Of a stretch of DNA of 32,000 nt, positions 1 to 9,421 are shown in pieces. The notes beneath the pieces were generated by a model that was given only the letters and a program-made list of their open reading frames with translations, did not search any database and was not told the DNA's origin. Position numbers and translations under genes: made by a program. The stretch covers positions 1,440,001-1,472,000 of the forward strand of contig JAIZWK010000001.1 of NCBI GenBank assembly GCA_021498095.1. The letters are read 5' to 3'. The stretch comes from Candidatus Harpocratesius repetitus. Its GTDB lineage: Archaea; Asgardarchaeota; Lokiarchaeia; Sigyniarchaeales; Promethearchaeaceae. Numbering within the stretch: the stretch's first letter is position 1; each line of letters starts with the position of its first letter.

Positions 1-873
1 ACTCCCCTTTTTTCGACCACGCTTTCGATTGCCTAAGCTCTCTTTGGTTGTTTTTACATGTCCTATAAACCATCCAAATGTTGTAGTAATTTCATTCGTT
101 GTTTTAAAGATTGTTTTAGAAACGTCAAACTCATCATACGAATAGATTTCTACGATAATTCTCCTGTACGGAGGTTTGTGAATATGTCTTACATGTGTGA
201 GATTTTTGCCTAATTTCCTTGCTACCCCTACATATACTTGAAATCCATCAGATATCAAGAGTTGTAGGCCATATAATAAACGATCTGCACAATTCTTGAC
301 AATTTCGAATATTATTGCTTTAGTTCGCTTTTTAACTAACTCGACTGCCATAATTTTGTTATTTCCACTCACTACAACAATCAAATACCATGTTTTCCTT
401 CCGATTTTGAGAAATGTTTCATCGATAAACAAGCAATTACTCCGTCTCCGCTTAGTCTTAAAATATTTCTTGTGTTTAATCGAATTTGAGACTAATTTAA
501 TAACTTGTAATAGAAGCCTCGAAGTGGTCGATCTTTTTAATTGCAATCTTCTCGATAAAGATTTTACATTTAATCGTCCTCTTTTGAGTGATTGAGAGAT
601 GATCGTCTTGATATCGGTTTTCAATTCTTTGAAGAAGCGACTAGTATGCGGATAGAAACATCTTCCGCATGTAGTGCAAACAAATTGCTGTGGAGAACCT
701 TTAACGCTTGTATCTTGGCCATTCTTAGTCAATATATGAACTTCTTCACCGTCTTTTTCATTTGGACAACATATTTTCACATAATCAGTAATGATTTTAG
801 TCCCAATTGAAATATTTAGTGGAATACATAATCCATCAACCGGAAGTGTATCAATTTCACACGATCTTGACAT
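1..873 (-). mobile_element. DDE transposase (IS6/IS1-like) with N-terminal Zn ribbon; runs off the window start
   Basis: Hand translation gives an uninterrupted frame from ATG 873 (alternative ATG 933) to base 1. It reads MSRSCEID..CPNEKDGEEVHILTKNG..QQFVCTTCGRCF..LFIDETFLKIGRKTWYLIVVV..LISDGFQVY..RKRGRKKGS. It is missing from the ORF track because no stop lies inside the window. Confidence 0.85.
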
Positions 874-1009
874 GATATGGAACGTAACATACAAAACAAT
901 ATAAATGTTCCAGAATTTTGAAGAAATAATCATTTAATTTTGTCGGTCATGGGAATTGAGAAATTCTCCTTATTAAAAAGAAATATTAATTTTCGTCTGT
1001 AAAAAAGAA

Positions 1010-2461
1010 TTAGGAAAATTTTGGAAAAACAAAAATTAAAAATGCGATGTAAATAGCACCTAAAATCACATGAATCAGGGCAAATAAACTTCCTAACTTT
1101 GTTAGCTTTTTGTAATTTACATCTTCTATCCCATAGTATTTGGATAATTCTAATGTCATCATATCTGCAGCAGAACCTTGAGGAAGGAAATTACCACCTA
1201 AATTTATTCCTAAAATAAAAGCAATTAATAAAGGTGTTGATGCGAAACCTGCATCACTAATTAGAATTCGAATAATAGGCAGAAAAATTATCGTTACTGG
1301 GGCATTATCAAGAAATCCTGATAAAATAGATGATATTAGCATTATAAATATTGATATAAAAAAGATATTATGGACAGCTAGTTGTTCTATTGCATTTTCC
1401 AATAACATGACAGTTCCATTATATTCCATTAAGAACACAAGCACAAATAAGCACATAAAGAAATATATGAGTTTGTAATCAACTTTTCTAAGGTATTTTG
1501 ATAAAGAAGGATGAATTTTTCCATTTTTATCTTTTGTAGGATTTAGAAAAACAAAAAGAAGCATTCCCAGTAATCCTGCGACATGAATTTGATGGATGAA
1601 GATAAGGAATAAAAAGAATATGAATAAAGCAATGAGATTCTTGACCAAATTATTTTTTGATGTTTTTATCATTGATAAGCTTGGATCTAAAGCTTTAATT
1701 GATAATAGTGGTGTTAATAATGGTTGTGCTGAAAATTGATGAGATGAATTTTTGGACTTGGATGAATTTTCTTGTAATGAATTAATACTCTTATCTATAA
1801 TATTATTACTGCTTCTTTCCCATTTCTTATTAATTGATTTTCTTAATAATAAAATATCCAGTAATACTAGTGTTAATATTAAAGTAAATACAAAATATAT
1901 TCCAATATTTGAAATAAAGAAGAGAAATGTAAGATTAAATTCATTTGCAATCATCACATTTTCAGCTGAGCCAAATGGTGTTAAAGTTGATGCCAAATTG
2001 ATACAAATGGTCATACCATATAAAAATGGAGCAGGATTTGTTTTGATCTCTTGACATGTTAGAATAATTATAGGGATAAAGATAATTGCTACTGATAGAT
2101 CTTCTAAAATTGACGCAAGAAGTGTAGAAATAATGCAAATTAGGTAATACATAACACGAATGTTTGAATGGAATTTTTTAACTATGAATTTGGCAATTTC
2201 ATAAAAAACATGCGCTTCATTTAAAATTTCTACTATAGTAAACATGGAAATTAGAAAAATTATAACTTCCCAATCAATTCCTTTGATATAATCATCAAGT
2301 ATTGGTGGATTTTCAAGATCTATACTAGTGACAATCGTAGAAATCATCAAGAAAAGAACAGAATACGTCAAATAATCTTGTTCATCAAAAAACAAAATAA
2401 TTATCAGTAGAATGAAACAAATTATTACAGTTATCTGAGAAATGGGGTGTAATAATGGCAT
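1010..2461 (-). CDS. ArsB/NhaD/SLC13 (ion transporter superfamily) permease
   Basis: About 11-12 hydrophobic segments; motifs ASTLTPFGSAEN, SGFLDNAP and GINLGGNFLPQGSAA. Confidence 0.85.
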   Translation of the reverse strand: MPLLHPISQITVIICFILLIIILFFDEQDYLTYSVLFLMISTIVTSIDLENPPILDDYIKGIDWEVIIFLISMFTIVEILNEAHVFYEIAKFIVKKFHSNIRVMYYLICIISTLLASILEDLSVAIIFIPIIILTCQEIKTNPAPFLYGMTICINLASTLTPFGSAENVMIANEFNLTFLFFISNIGIYFVFTLILTLVLLDILLLRKSINKKWERSSNNIIDKSINSLQENSSKSKNSSHQFSAQPLLTPLLSIKALDPSLSMIKTSKNNLVKNLIALFIFFLFLIFIHQIHVAGLLGMLLFVFLNPTKDKNGKIHPSLSKYLRKVDYKLIYFFMCLFVLVFLMEYNGTVMLLENAIEQLAVHNIFFISIFIMLISSILSGFLDNAPVTIIFLPIIRILISDAGFASTPLLIAFILGINLGGNFLPQGSAADMMTLELSKYYGIEDVNYKKLTKLGSLFALIHVILGAIYIAFLIFVFPKFS

Positions 2462-2602
2462 TGAAGAATATCTATTTTTTTAAGAAATTTAAGGTTTTCT
2501 TTTATGAGAGATTTAGATTCTGCACTTTTCAATGAAGTAAGAATGAAATAAATAATATGTAGATATCAATACTGTCTCTTTTTAGACTTTCATAAAATAC
2601 AG

Positions 2603-3184
2603 TTAAATTTTTTGATGGGAATTGCTAGTGAAATTTTCATTTTTATGTATTTTTTGTGAAATGATTTTTGAAGAATGTTCTGCTTGAACGCGTATTTTTG
2701 TTTCATTTAATTGATATACATCTTGAACACTTGAATGAATATGGTTAATCTGTTCGTTGAATTCTTCTTCTTGTTGCTTATGATAGAATTTGAGAATTTC
2801 TTTTAAAATCTTATCCTTTTCTAAGAAATAAAACAGAAAATTTATCGTTACCGGAATTGGATATTGCAAAAATTTGTTCCCAGATATTTTTACTTGCATA
2901 AATTCTTTTATTTCATGAATTATTTGATTGATTTCATACAATAAAATTTGTATTACACTCATTTTCACTTCAAGAGTAGTATTTGAATCAGGATCGATAT
3001 ATTCTTGAAAGGCTTTCTCTGTTCTCTGGGTGAAAAAATTTTGAATTCGCTCAATTTCTATGATACATTTATCTAAATTCTTTCGATCCTTTTTCCGGAA
3101 GCTTGACATGGTTAAACTAAGTAATTTTGGAAGTAATTGAACGAATTTCTCGGATGAAATCTTTTCTAATTCCCTCGGAAACAT
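2603..3184 (-). CDS. hypothetical helical protein (possibly PhoU-like)
   Basis: 193-aa ATG ORF, amphipathic and helical in character, upstream of and co-oriented with the permease. No motif recognised. Confidence 0.55.
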   Translation of the reverse strand: MFPRELEKISSEKFVQLLPKLLSLTMSSFRKKDRKNLDKCIIEIERIQNFFTQRTEKAFQEYIDPDSNTTLEVKMSVIQILLYEINQIIHEIKEFMQVKISGNKFLQYPIPVTINFLFYFLEKDKILKEILKFYHKQQEEEFNEQINHIHSSVQDVYQLNETKIRVQAEHSSKIISQKIHKNENFTSNSHQKI

Positions 3185-3365
3185 CGAATTTTGCGTCCTT
3201 TAATTATTTAAATTTGATTAAATGAAAATCAACAAAGATTGCAAATATAGAAATAAATCTAATGATAAATTTTCTAATTATATGTTTGTTTGATCTAAAT
3301 TTCCTTATGACTCTAATTTAGAACATGTTTAAATAATTTTCTATTAAAAAAAACAAAAATGTAAT

Positions 3366-4619
3366 TTATTCGTTTGATATATTTAATACACGTTTCAATT
3401 CTTCTAAATCTACCTTTTTACCAAGATTTTTACGAAAAAATTTGTCACTACTTGATCCCATGAGAATTGCCCCTGTAAGTTTTGATTCTTCAACCAATAT
3501 CTTTTTGCAGATATAATTTTCAGGATCAATTGCTTGAATTATTTTTTTTCCTTTAGAACTAATATTTGGAGGTGTCGTCCCCATGCAGCTTAAGCTGATT
3601 CCTGCGATTTTTAATTTAGTATTCCAGATTGTACCTTGATATGGGGATATTTCCTTTCCTAAAATATGATTCGCTGCAATTTGCGCTTGCTCCATACTAG
3701 CTGGTATGATCCCCCATATTCTTTTGTTAAATTGAATACAATCTCCTGCTGCATATATATCTGATTCGCTGGTTTGCATATATTCGTTTACAATAATTCC
3801 GAGCTCAACTTTCAATCCTGTTTTTTGAGCTAAAAAAGTATCAGGAATAATTCCCATTTGTTGTAATATCATTTGACATTTAATTACTTTTCCTGATTCA
3901 AATTGAATCCCTTCAACAAATTCTTTTCCAATGACCTTCTCTGCCTTTTCTCCGCATAAGATTCTTAGCCCTTTATGTTCTAAGTATTTTTGTAACAGTT
4001 TTGCCGTTCCTTCATCAAGTTGCCGATGTAAAAGATAAGAAGAGAGTTCACATATCGTTATTGATAAATCTAACTTCAATAAATGAAATCCTAACTCAAT
4101 TCCAAGTAATCCACCGCCTAAAATTACCACATTTTTAACATTATTTTTGTTGATAAATTCTCGAATTTGATTTGCATCATCAATATTTCTTAATGTAAAC
4201 ATTCCATCAATGTTTGGATTTCCAAAAGAAAATCGCCTTGGATTACTTCCTGTGGCAAATACAAGCTTATCATAAGAAATGGATTGGAATTTTTCATAAA
4301 TATTTCGATCTGAATTTAAATTTGGTTCAGGTATGTCAATAGGATCTCTTGGATAGATTAATTTTTTTTCTGGATCAATATGATTGATAGGATTATTAGT
4401 AAATAATAAAATGTCATTTTTTTTATACCACTCTCGATTTCGAAGGATAAGCTTATCCAGTGATCTTTCGCCTATAATATATAAGGGTAGAAAAATTCGG
4501 GAATAAAAAGAATATGGTTCTTTCGTAAAAATAAAAATTTCACTTTCATTATCTTCTTTTCTAATCTTTTCTGCTACCGATTGACCAGCTATTCCGTCTC
4601 CAATTATTACAATACGCAT
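3366..4619 (-). CDS. FAD-dependent NAD(P)H oxidoreductase, rubredoxin reductase/NirB-N-terminal-like
   Basis: GDGIAG FAD motif, ATGS, GGGLLG NAD motif, TSESDIYAAGDC and a C-terminal KLKIAG domain. Likely start is ATG 4619 (the ORF track extends to 4634). Confidence 0.85.
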   Translation of the reverse strand: MRIVIIGDGIAGQSVAEKIRKEDNESEIFIFTKEPYSFYSRIFLPLYIIGERSLDKLILRNREWYKKNDILLFTNNPINHIDPEKKLIYPRDPIDIPEPNLNSDRNIYEKFQSISYDKLVFATGSNPRRFSFGNPNIDGMFTLRNIDDANQIREFINKNNVKNVVILGGGLLGIELGFHLLKLDLSITICELSSYLLHRQLDEGTAKLLQKYLEHKGLRILCGEKAEKVIGKEFVEGIQFESGKVIKCQMILQQMGIIPDTFLAQKTGLKVELGIIVNEYMQTSESDIYAAGDCIQFNKRIWGIIPASMEQAQIAANHILGKEISPYQGTIWNTKLKIAGISLSCMGTTPPNISSKGKKIIQAIDPENYICKKILVEESKLTGAILMGSSSDKFFRKNLGKKVDLEELKRVLNISNE

Positions 4620-4774
4620 ACTATTTAGAATCAAAGGATGCCTATTAAGACTCTCATAATTTTTTGAATAAAATATGATTTTGGTTTCAGATTATAAATC
4701 ATAAGCAAAAATATCAAGTTGAATTTCCTATGATATGATAAGTAATATATTACTTTCTGTGCGAAGTAAATAAT

Positions 4775-5086
4775 ATGTATCAAGATATTCCTTTTGATTT
4801 TGAAGATGGAGAAGTTGATAATAAAGAAATCTCCGTATTTGCTCTCTCTACATGTGGATTTTGTCGAAGAGGGATTCAATTTTTAAGAAATAATAAGGTT
4901 AAATTTCGATATGTCTATATTGACAAGATGCCATATGAAGAAAAACAACAATTAAAAAAGCAATTACAAGAAAAATTTCAAAAACGAGTTGCTTTTCCTT
5001 TTGTTGTTGTAAATGATGAAGAAGCACTCGTAGGCTTTATTCAGAGACAATGGGAAGAGAAAATTCTTTCTCATAAGGACTCGTAA
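4775..5086 (+). CDS. glutaredoxin/NrdH-like protein
   Basis: CGFC active site, AFPFVVVN cis-Pro motif and LVGF. Confidence 0.9.
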   Translation: MYQDIPFDFEDGEVDNKEISVFALSTCGFCRRGIQFLRNNKVKFRYVYIDKMPYEEKQQLKKQLQEKFQKRVAFPFVVVNDEEALVGFIQRQWEEKILSHKDS

Positions 5087-5156
5087 ATCTGATAAAATAT
5101 AAGCAGTAATTTTACAATAACCACTTTTTTATATTATTCCCACAAATTTTTATACA

Positions 5157-5507
5157 TTGGTGATAAAACTGTCAAAATCAATTAAACCTAAAACAAAAGA
5201 GCAAACTCGGAAATTCATGGAAATGGTCGCAAAGAAACATGGATGGCATTTAAATCGTGATGAAGAGTTTTTAGATATACTCGCTGAAGGACTCACTACT
5301 AATTTTAATCGTTATGGATATTATTCTTGTCCTTGTCGAGATGCTGATGGACAAAGAGAACTTGATAAAGATATTATATGTCCTTGTGATTATTGTATTC
5401 CTGATCAGCAAGAATATGGGCATTGTTACTGCGGGCTTTATTTAACACCAGAGTTTTACGAAACAGGAAAAGAACCAGAAGCAATTCCTGAAAGACGGCC
5501 ATTATAA
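5157..5507 (+). CDS. ferredoxin:thioredoxin reductase catalytic subunit-like
   Basis: CPC (YSCPCR), CPC (ICPCDY) and CYC (GHCYCGLY) motifs. Confidence 0.92.
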   Translation: MVIKLSKSIKPKTKEQTRKFMEMVAKKHGWHLNRDEEFLDILAEGLTTNFNRYGYYSCPCRDADGQRELDKDIICPCDYCIPDQQEYGHCYCGLYLTPEFYETGKEPEAIPERRPL

Positions 5508-5567
5508 TCTCTACTATTTATATTTAAATTTTTTTTTTTAATAATTACTAATTGAGTTGAATTAAAA

Positions 5568-6815
5568 GTGAAAGCAATAAAAATTACAGATGGAATTTAT
5601 TGGATTGGTGTAAATATCTCTTCAAATGATTTATTTGAAGGAATTTGGCCGATTCCGAAAGGTGTTTCAATTAATGCATATTTGATTAAAGGTGAAAAAA
5701 CTGCAATAATTGATTTAGTTCGCGATTGGGCTAGTGCTTCCACCTATTTGTTGGAAGAGTTGAAATCGATAGGAGTTTCTCCTAAGAATATTGATTACAT
5801 AATATTAAATCATCTTGAACCAGATCATACAGGTGATTTACGCGCATTTCATGAATTATGCAAAAATGCTCAAATAATCACATCTAAGAAAGGTGTGCCC
5901 TTAGTTAAGTCATTTTATGGATTTGAAGAGAATGTAAAAGGAGTAGGAACAGGAGATTCATTAGATTTGGGAGCAGGTAAAGGCCTTAAGTTTTTTGATA
6001 TCCCAAATGTTCATTGGCCAGAAACCATGGCAACTTATGAAGAATCTACCCAGACTTTATTTCCATGCGATGCTTTCGGTTCATTCGGGGCTTTAAATGG
6101 TTTTCTGTTTGATGATGAAATAAGTGAAGAAGATCATCGATCTTACGAACGCGAATCTTTACGTTATTACGCCAATATTGTTGGACCCTTCTCAAATTTT
6201 GTTTTGAAAGCAATTAATGCACTTGGATCGTTAGCAATTAAAATAATTGCTCCTTCACATGGTTTGGTTTGGAGGGCTAATCCTGGGCGAATTGTTGAAC
6301 GATATAAAAACTATGCAACCTACATGAATGATTTTGCAGAACCAAAAATCACTGTTATTTGGGGAAGCATGTATGGAAACACAGAAGTGATGCTTCGCTC
6401 CGTTTTACAAGGAATTGCTTCTGAAGGCGTACTGACAGAAGTTTTTAGAGTTCCTCATGACCATATATCATACGTTCTTGCTTCGGTATGGGAATCTGCT
6501 GGATTAGTGTTCGGAATGCCTACATATGAATATAAAATGTATCCTCCAATGCGCGATGCTTTAGGACAAATGGTTCTTAAAAAAGCTAGGCATAAAAAAG
6601 TATTCCGATTTGGAAGCTTTGGATGGTCTGGTGGTGCACAAAAAGAATTTGATGCAATGTCGGAAAAAATGCAGTGGGATATGATTGAACCATTAGAGTT
6701 TCAAGGCGCACCAACTGAGAAAGATTTAGAAGAGGGTTTCGCTCGTGGTGCAGCTTTAGCGCGCGAGGTTAAAAAAATACCCCAAAAATCTACCGAATTT
6801 GTGAACACTAACTAG
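5568..6815 (+). CDS. fprA: flavodiiron protein (O2/NO reductase)
   Basis: Metallo-beta-lactamase diiron ligands NHLEPDH, HWPE, CDAFG and SHG, plus a flavodoxin domain (SMYGNT, FGSFGWSGG). Confidence 0.95.
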   Translation: MKAIKITDGIYWIGVNISSNDLFEGIWPIPKGVSINAYLIKGEKTAIIDLVRDWASASTYLLEELKSIGVSPKNIDYIILNHLEPDHTGDLRAFHELCKNAQIITSKKGVPLVKSFYGFEENVKGVGTGDSLDLGAGKGLKFFDIPNVHWPETMATYEESTQTLFPCDAFGSFGALNGFLFDDEISEEDHRSYERESLRYYANIVGPFSNFVLKAINALGSLAIKIIAPSHGLVWRANPGRIVERYKNYATYMNDFAEPKITVIWGSMYGNTEVMLRSVLQGIASEGVLTEVFRVPHDHISYVLASVWESAGLVFGMPTYEYKMYPPMRDALGQMVLKKARHKKVFRFGSFGWSGGAQKEFDAMSEKMQWDMIEPLEFQGAPTEKDLEEGFARGAALAREVKKIPQKSTEFVNTN

Positions 6816-7176
6816 AATTAAGAGCCAATCCCAGTCCAAATGTAATTAGCATCAATGGTTCAATTCCATATATCAATTCTACTGCAAGAAATACTGAACC
6901 AAAAATTATAATTATTTTTGGTATTTTTTTCATTGGATTTTCTGTTATAACTGCAATTATAATTGCAACCATATTAATAAAAATTCCTATATAGAATATA
7001 ATAAAACGTAAGCTAATAATACCAATTAGTAAAAAAAATGGGTGGAGTAGGAATAAGAAAAATGCCCATCCAACACTCTCATTATACCATTTATAATTTA
7101 AAAAAGAATTTGACGAAATGAAATAATTGTATAAATTGCTTTTGAAAATTGTGAAAGAGACATAAGAATCATCCAA
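6808..7176 (-). CDS. small hydrophobic membrane protein (start uncertain)
   Basis: About 3-4 hydrophobic segments. It overlaps the upstream gene by 79 nt, so the true start may lie downstream. Confidence 0.4.
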   Translation of the reverse strand: MDDSYVSFTIFKSNLYNYFISSNSFLNYKWYNESVGWAFFLFLLHPFFLLIGIISLRFIIFYIGIFINMVAIIIAVITENPMKKIPKIIIIFGSVFLAVELIYGIEPLMLITFGLGLALNSS

Positions 7177-8627
7177 ACAAATAGATCTGGCTGATATTGG
7201 GCGAAAAATTGAACTAAATTGCCGCTTATTCCTGCAAAAATACCAATAAATAATGGTAATAACACCATAATTAGAATAATTGAAAAGACATTCATGAGTA
7301 TTTCAACTAAGATGACTTGTTTTTTCTCTTTTTTCAACAATTTTTCACGCATTTTCAAATTAATTCCCTTTTTCAAACCCAAAAACTTCCAAACATCCCT
7401 TCCTAAACCGATGAACATAATTGAATCAATCAGAATATATAAAACCATATGAGAGAAAATAGGGGAATAAGGTTGCTTATCATTCAATATATTATAGATA
7501 CTATCTGCAAGATTTCGATAGTAGCCTTGATTTCCAAAGAAACTATTCACATTCGTAAAAACAACAACACCTTCTTGATTCTCAGGCGTTAAGAAAATTT
7601 CTGCATGATAGTCTCCTAAATCTCCTGATTGTGCCAAATATTTTATTCCATTGAATGTAAAATTATACCACCCCATTGTCCATGAAGAATTTTTCAGTGG
7701 ATCTTGGGGTATTGCGTGTAAAAGTTCAAATGAAGAAGGCATTAAAACATTGTGTGTAAAACTGCTGTTTTTATAAAACAAATGGGCTTGCATTAACACA
7801 AGTATATCTTCGATATTAGAAACCATTCCGTTCGCAGGAGATTGTGCTGCTGAGTAGGATAGTTGTGAAGGGATGGCAATTCCATACCATAATCGATAAC
7901 CTTGAGCGAATTCTACCTGATTTTCTGCCTCTGCTTGGCTGAAAAATGTATGTTGCATCCCAAGAGGAGAGAGAATACGAGTGGTAATATAATTGCTAAA
8001 TGATTGATTAGTAACTTGTTCGATTAAATACCCTAAAATCCAGTAATTTGCATTAGAGAATTCAAAATTTTCTCCTGGCGCTGATTGAAAAGATTCGGAC
8101 TTTAAACCGTTTACTAATTCTTGAATGCTACTTACTTTGATATCAGCTGAACCTGCTTTTATTGATATACCTGTTTGATGGGTTAAACATTGTTGAATTG
8201 TGATTTGTGAAGAATACTCTGGATCTGAAAGTTCAAATGAAGGTATATATTTTTGAATTGTTTCGTTTAATTCTATTAATCCGTCTTCTTGAAGTGCCAA
8301 AACTCCCATTGCAGTAATCGTTTGAGATATTTCTCCTAACATGAAAAGTGTGCGGTTTGTTACTGGTGTTTTGGCATTGTTTGCTTTACCTAATCCATCA
8401 GCATATATAATTTGACCATTTTGAATTACACCTACAGCAATTCCAGGAATAAGCATTTTTTGTTTCTGATCTTGTAAATAAGTATCTATTTTTTCTGAAG
8501 ATGTGGCAGCTGTCCCATTATTCATAAATGTACACAAAATCATAAGAATTGACAAGAAAAAAAAGAAAATAATTCTAAATTTTGAAAAAGAAGTGTTTCT
8601 TTGATGATTAGTTACCATTATATTCAC
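7098..8627 (-). CDS. beta-lactamase/serine-hydrolase-fold protein with N-terminal signal/TM and C-terminal TMs; catalytic motifs substituted
   Basis: IPGIAVG, LTHQTG, PGENFEFSNANY, LSPLGM and GVVVFTN are family landmarks. SxxK reads EISQ, YxN reads FSN, and the HxG position reads QSG. Confidence 0.85.
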   Translation of the reverse strand: MNIMVTNHQRNTSFSKFRIIFFFFLSILMILCTFMNNGTAATSSEKIDTYLQDQKQKMLIPGIAVGVIQNGQIIYADGLGKANNAKTPVTNRTLFMLGEISQTITAMGVLALQEDGLIELNETIQKYIPSFELSDPEYSSQITIQQCLTHQTGISIKAGSADIKVSSIQELVNGLKSESFQSAPGENFEFSNANYWILGYLIEQVTNQSFSNYITTRILSPLGMQHTFFSQAEAENQVEFAQGYRLWYGIAIPSQLSYSAAQSPANGMVSNIEDILVLMQAHLFYKNSSFTHNVLMPSSFELLHAIPQDPLKNSSWTMGWYNFTFNGIKYLAQSGDLGDYHAEIFLTPENQEGVVVFTNVNSFFGNQGYYRNLADSIYNILNDKQPYSPIFSHMVLYILIDSIMFIGLGRDVWKFLGLKKGINLKMREKLLKKEKKQVILVEILMNVFSIILIMVLLPLFIGIFAGISGNLVQFFAQYQPDLFVWMILMSLSQFSKAIYTIISFRQILF

Positions 8628-8708
8628 CTATGCAAAATACGTACCGGCTAAAAAATAATTTTAATCTGATTAGTTAACTTTTAAAAATTAGGCTGGGTTG
8701 AATAAAGT

Positions 8709-9071
8709 ATGATCTTGCAGTGGGAAGTTACTCCCGATGAGCAAACCACATTAATAATTGAACTGATTTTTACAATCATTGCCATTGGATCTTGTATCGA
8801 ATTTGCAATAATTAAAAGAATTTATCATAAATTGGCAAAAAAGGGGTATAACATTATCTTTTTTGGTGTATTCCTCTTTGGACTTCATATTCTTTCCGAT
8901 TTTTTAGATACTCTTGCCATGAAAAAAATAGATGGAACAACTACAACGCTTTACTTAGTTTTTGATTATTTGGATGCAATTTTTGCCTTTATTGGACTTT
9001 TTATTATTGGATATGGTTTTTACCAAATTGCAAAAGATGGAATGGAGATTTGGGAGGGTGATGTGAAGTGA
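8709..9071 (+). CDS. small 3-TM membrane protein
   Basis: Three hydrophobic segments; its stop overlaps the GTG of the next gene. Confidence 0.75.
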   Translation: MILQWEVTPDEQTTLIIELIFTIIAIGSCIEFAIIKRIYHKLAKKGYNIIFFGVFLFGLHILSDFLDTLAMKKIDGTTTTLYLVFDYLDAIFAFIGLFIIGYGFYQIAKDGMEIWEGDVK

Positions 9072-9409
9072 TTTCTGTAAGTCTTTCCTCAAATATCGAT
9101 TTACTTGATGTAATTTTAGAAAGCTTAAGTTTAGTTGGATTTATATTCATTTTGGTTATGGCATTCTATGCAAATAAGAAAAATCCAATTTTTCGCTCAA
9201 AAGGATTTCCTATTCTTATAATAGGAATTATTTTAGGTATTATTGCTGCAGGAATGGATTTATTGGGTGAATTTATTTGGTTCGATACAGGTTATGATAT
9301 ATATAAAATGGTGATGAGCGTTTTGTATATTTTTAGTCTAGTTATTTTTAGTATGGCTATTTTTCTTGTGTTTCGATTTACAAAGTTCATGATGGGAGAA
9401 AAAATCTGA
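9068..9409 (+). CDS. small 3-TM membrane protein, probable paralog of 8709..9071
   Basis: GTGA start/stop overlap and an SD-like GGAGGGTGA upstream. Shares the pattern KG[YF]xI..G..L...D[FL]L with the preceding gene. Confidence 0.75.
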   Translation: MISVSLSSNIDLLDVILESLSLVGFIFILVMAFYANKKNPIFRSKGFPILIIGIILGIIAAGMDLLGEFIWFDTGYDIYKMVMSVLYIFSLVIFSMAIFLVFRFTKFMMGEKI

Positions 9410-9421
9410 GCGTAAAATAAT

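Noticed and set aside
296-810. Track ORFs 296..595(+) and 592..810(+)
   Set aside because: They are antisense to the transposase frame.
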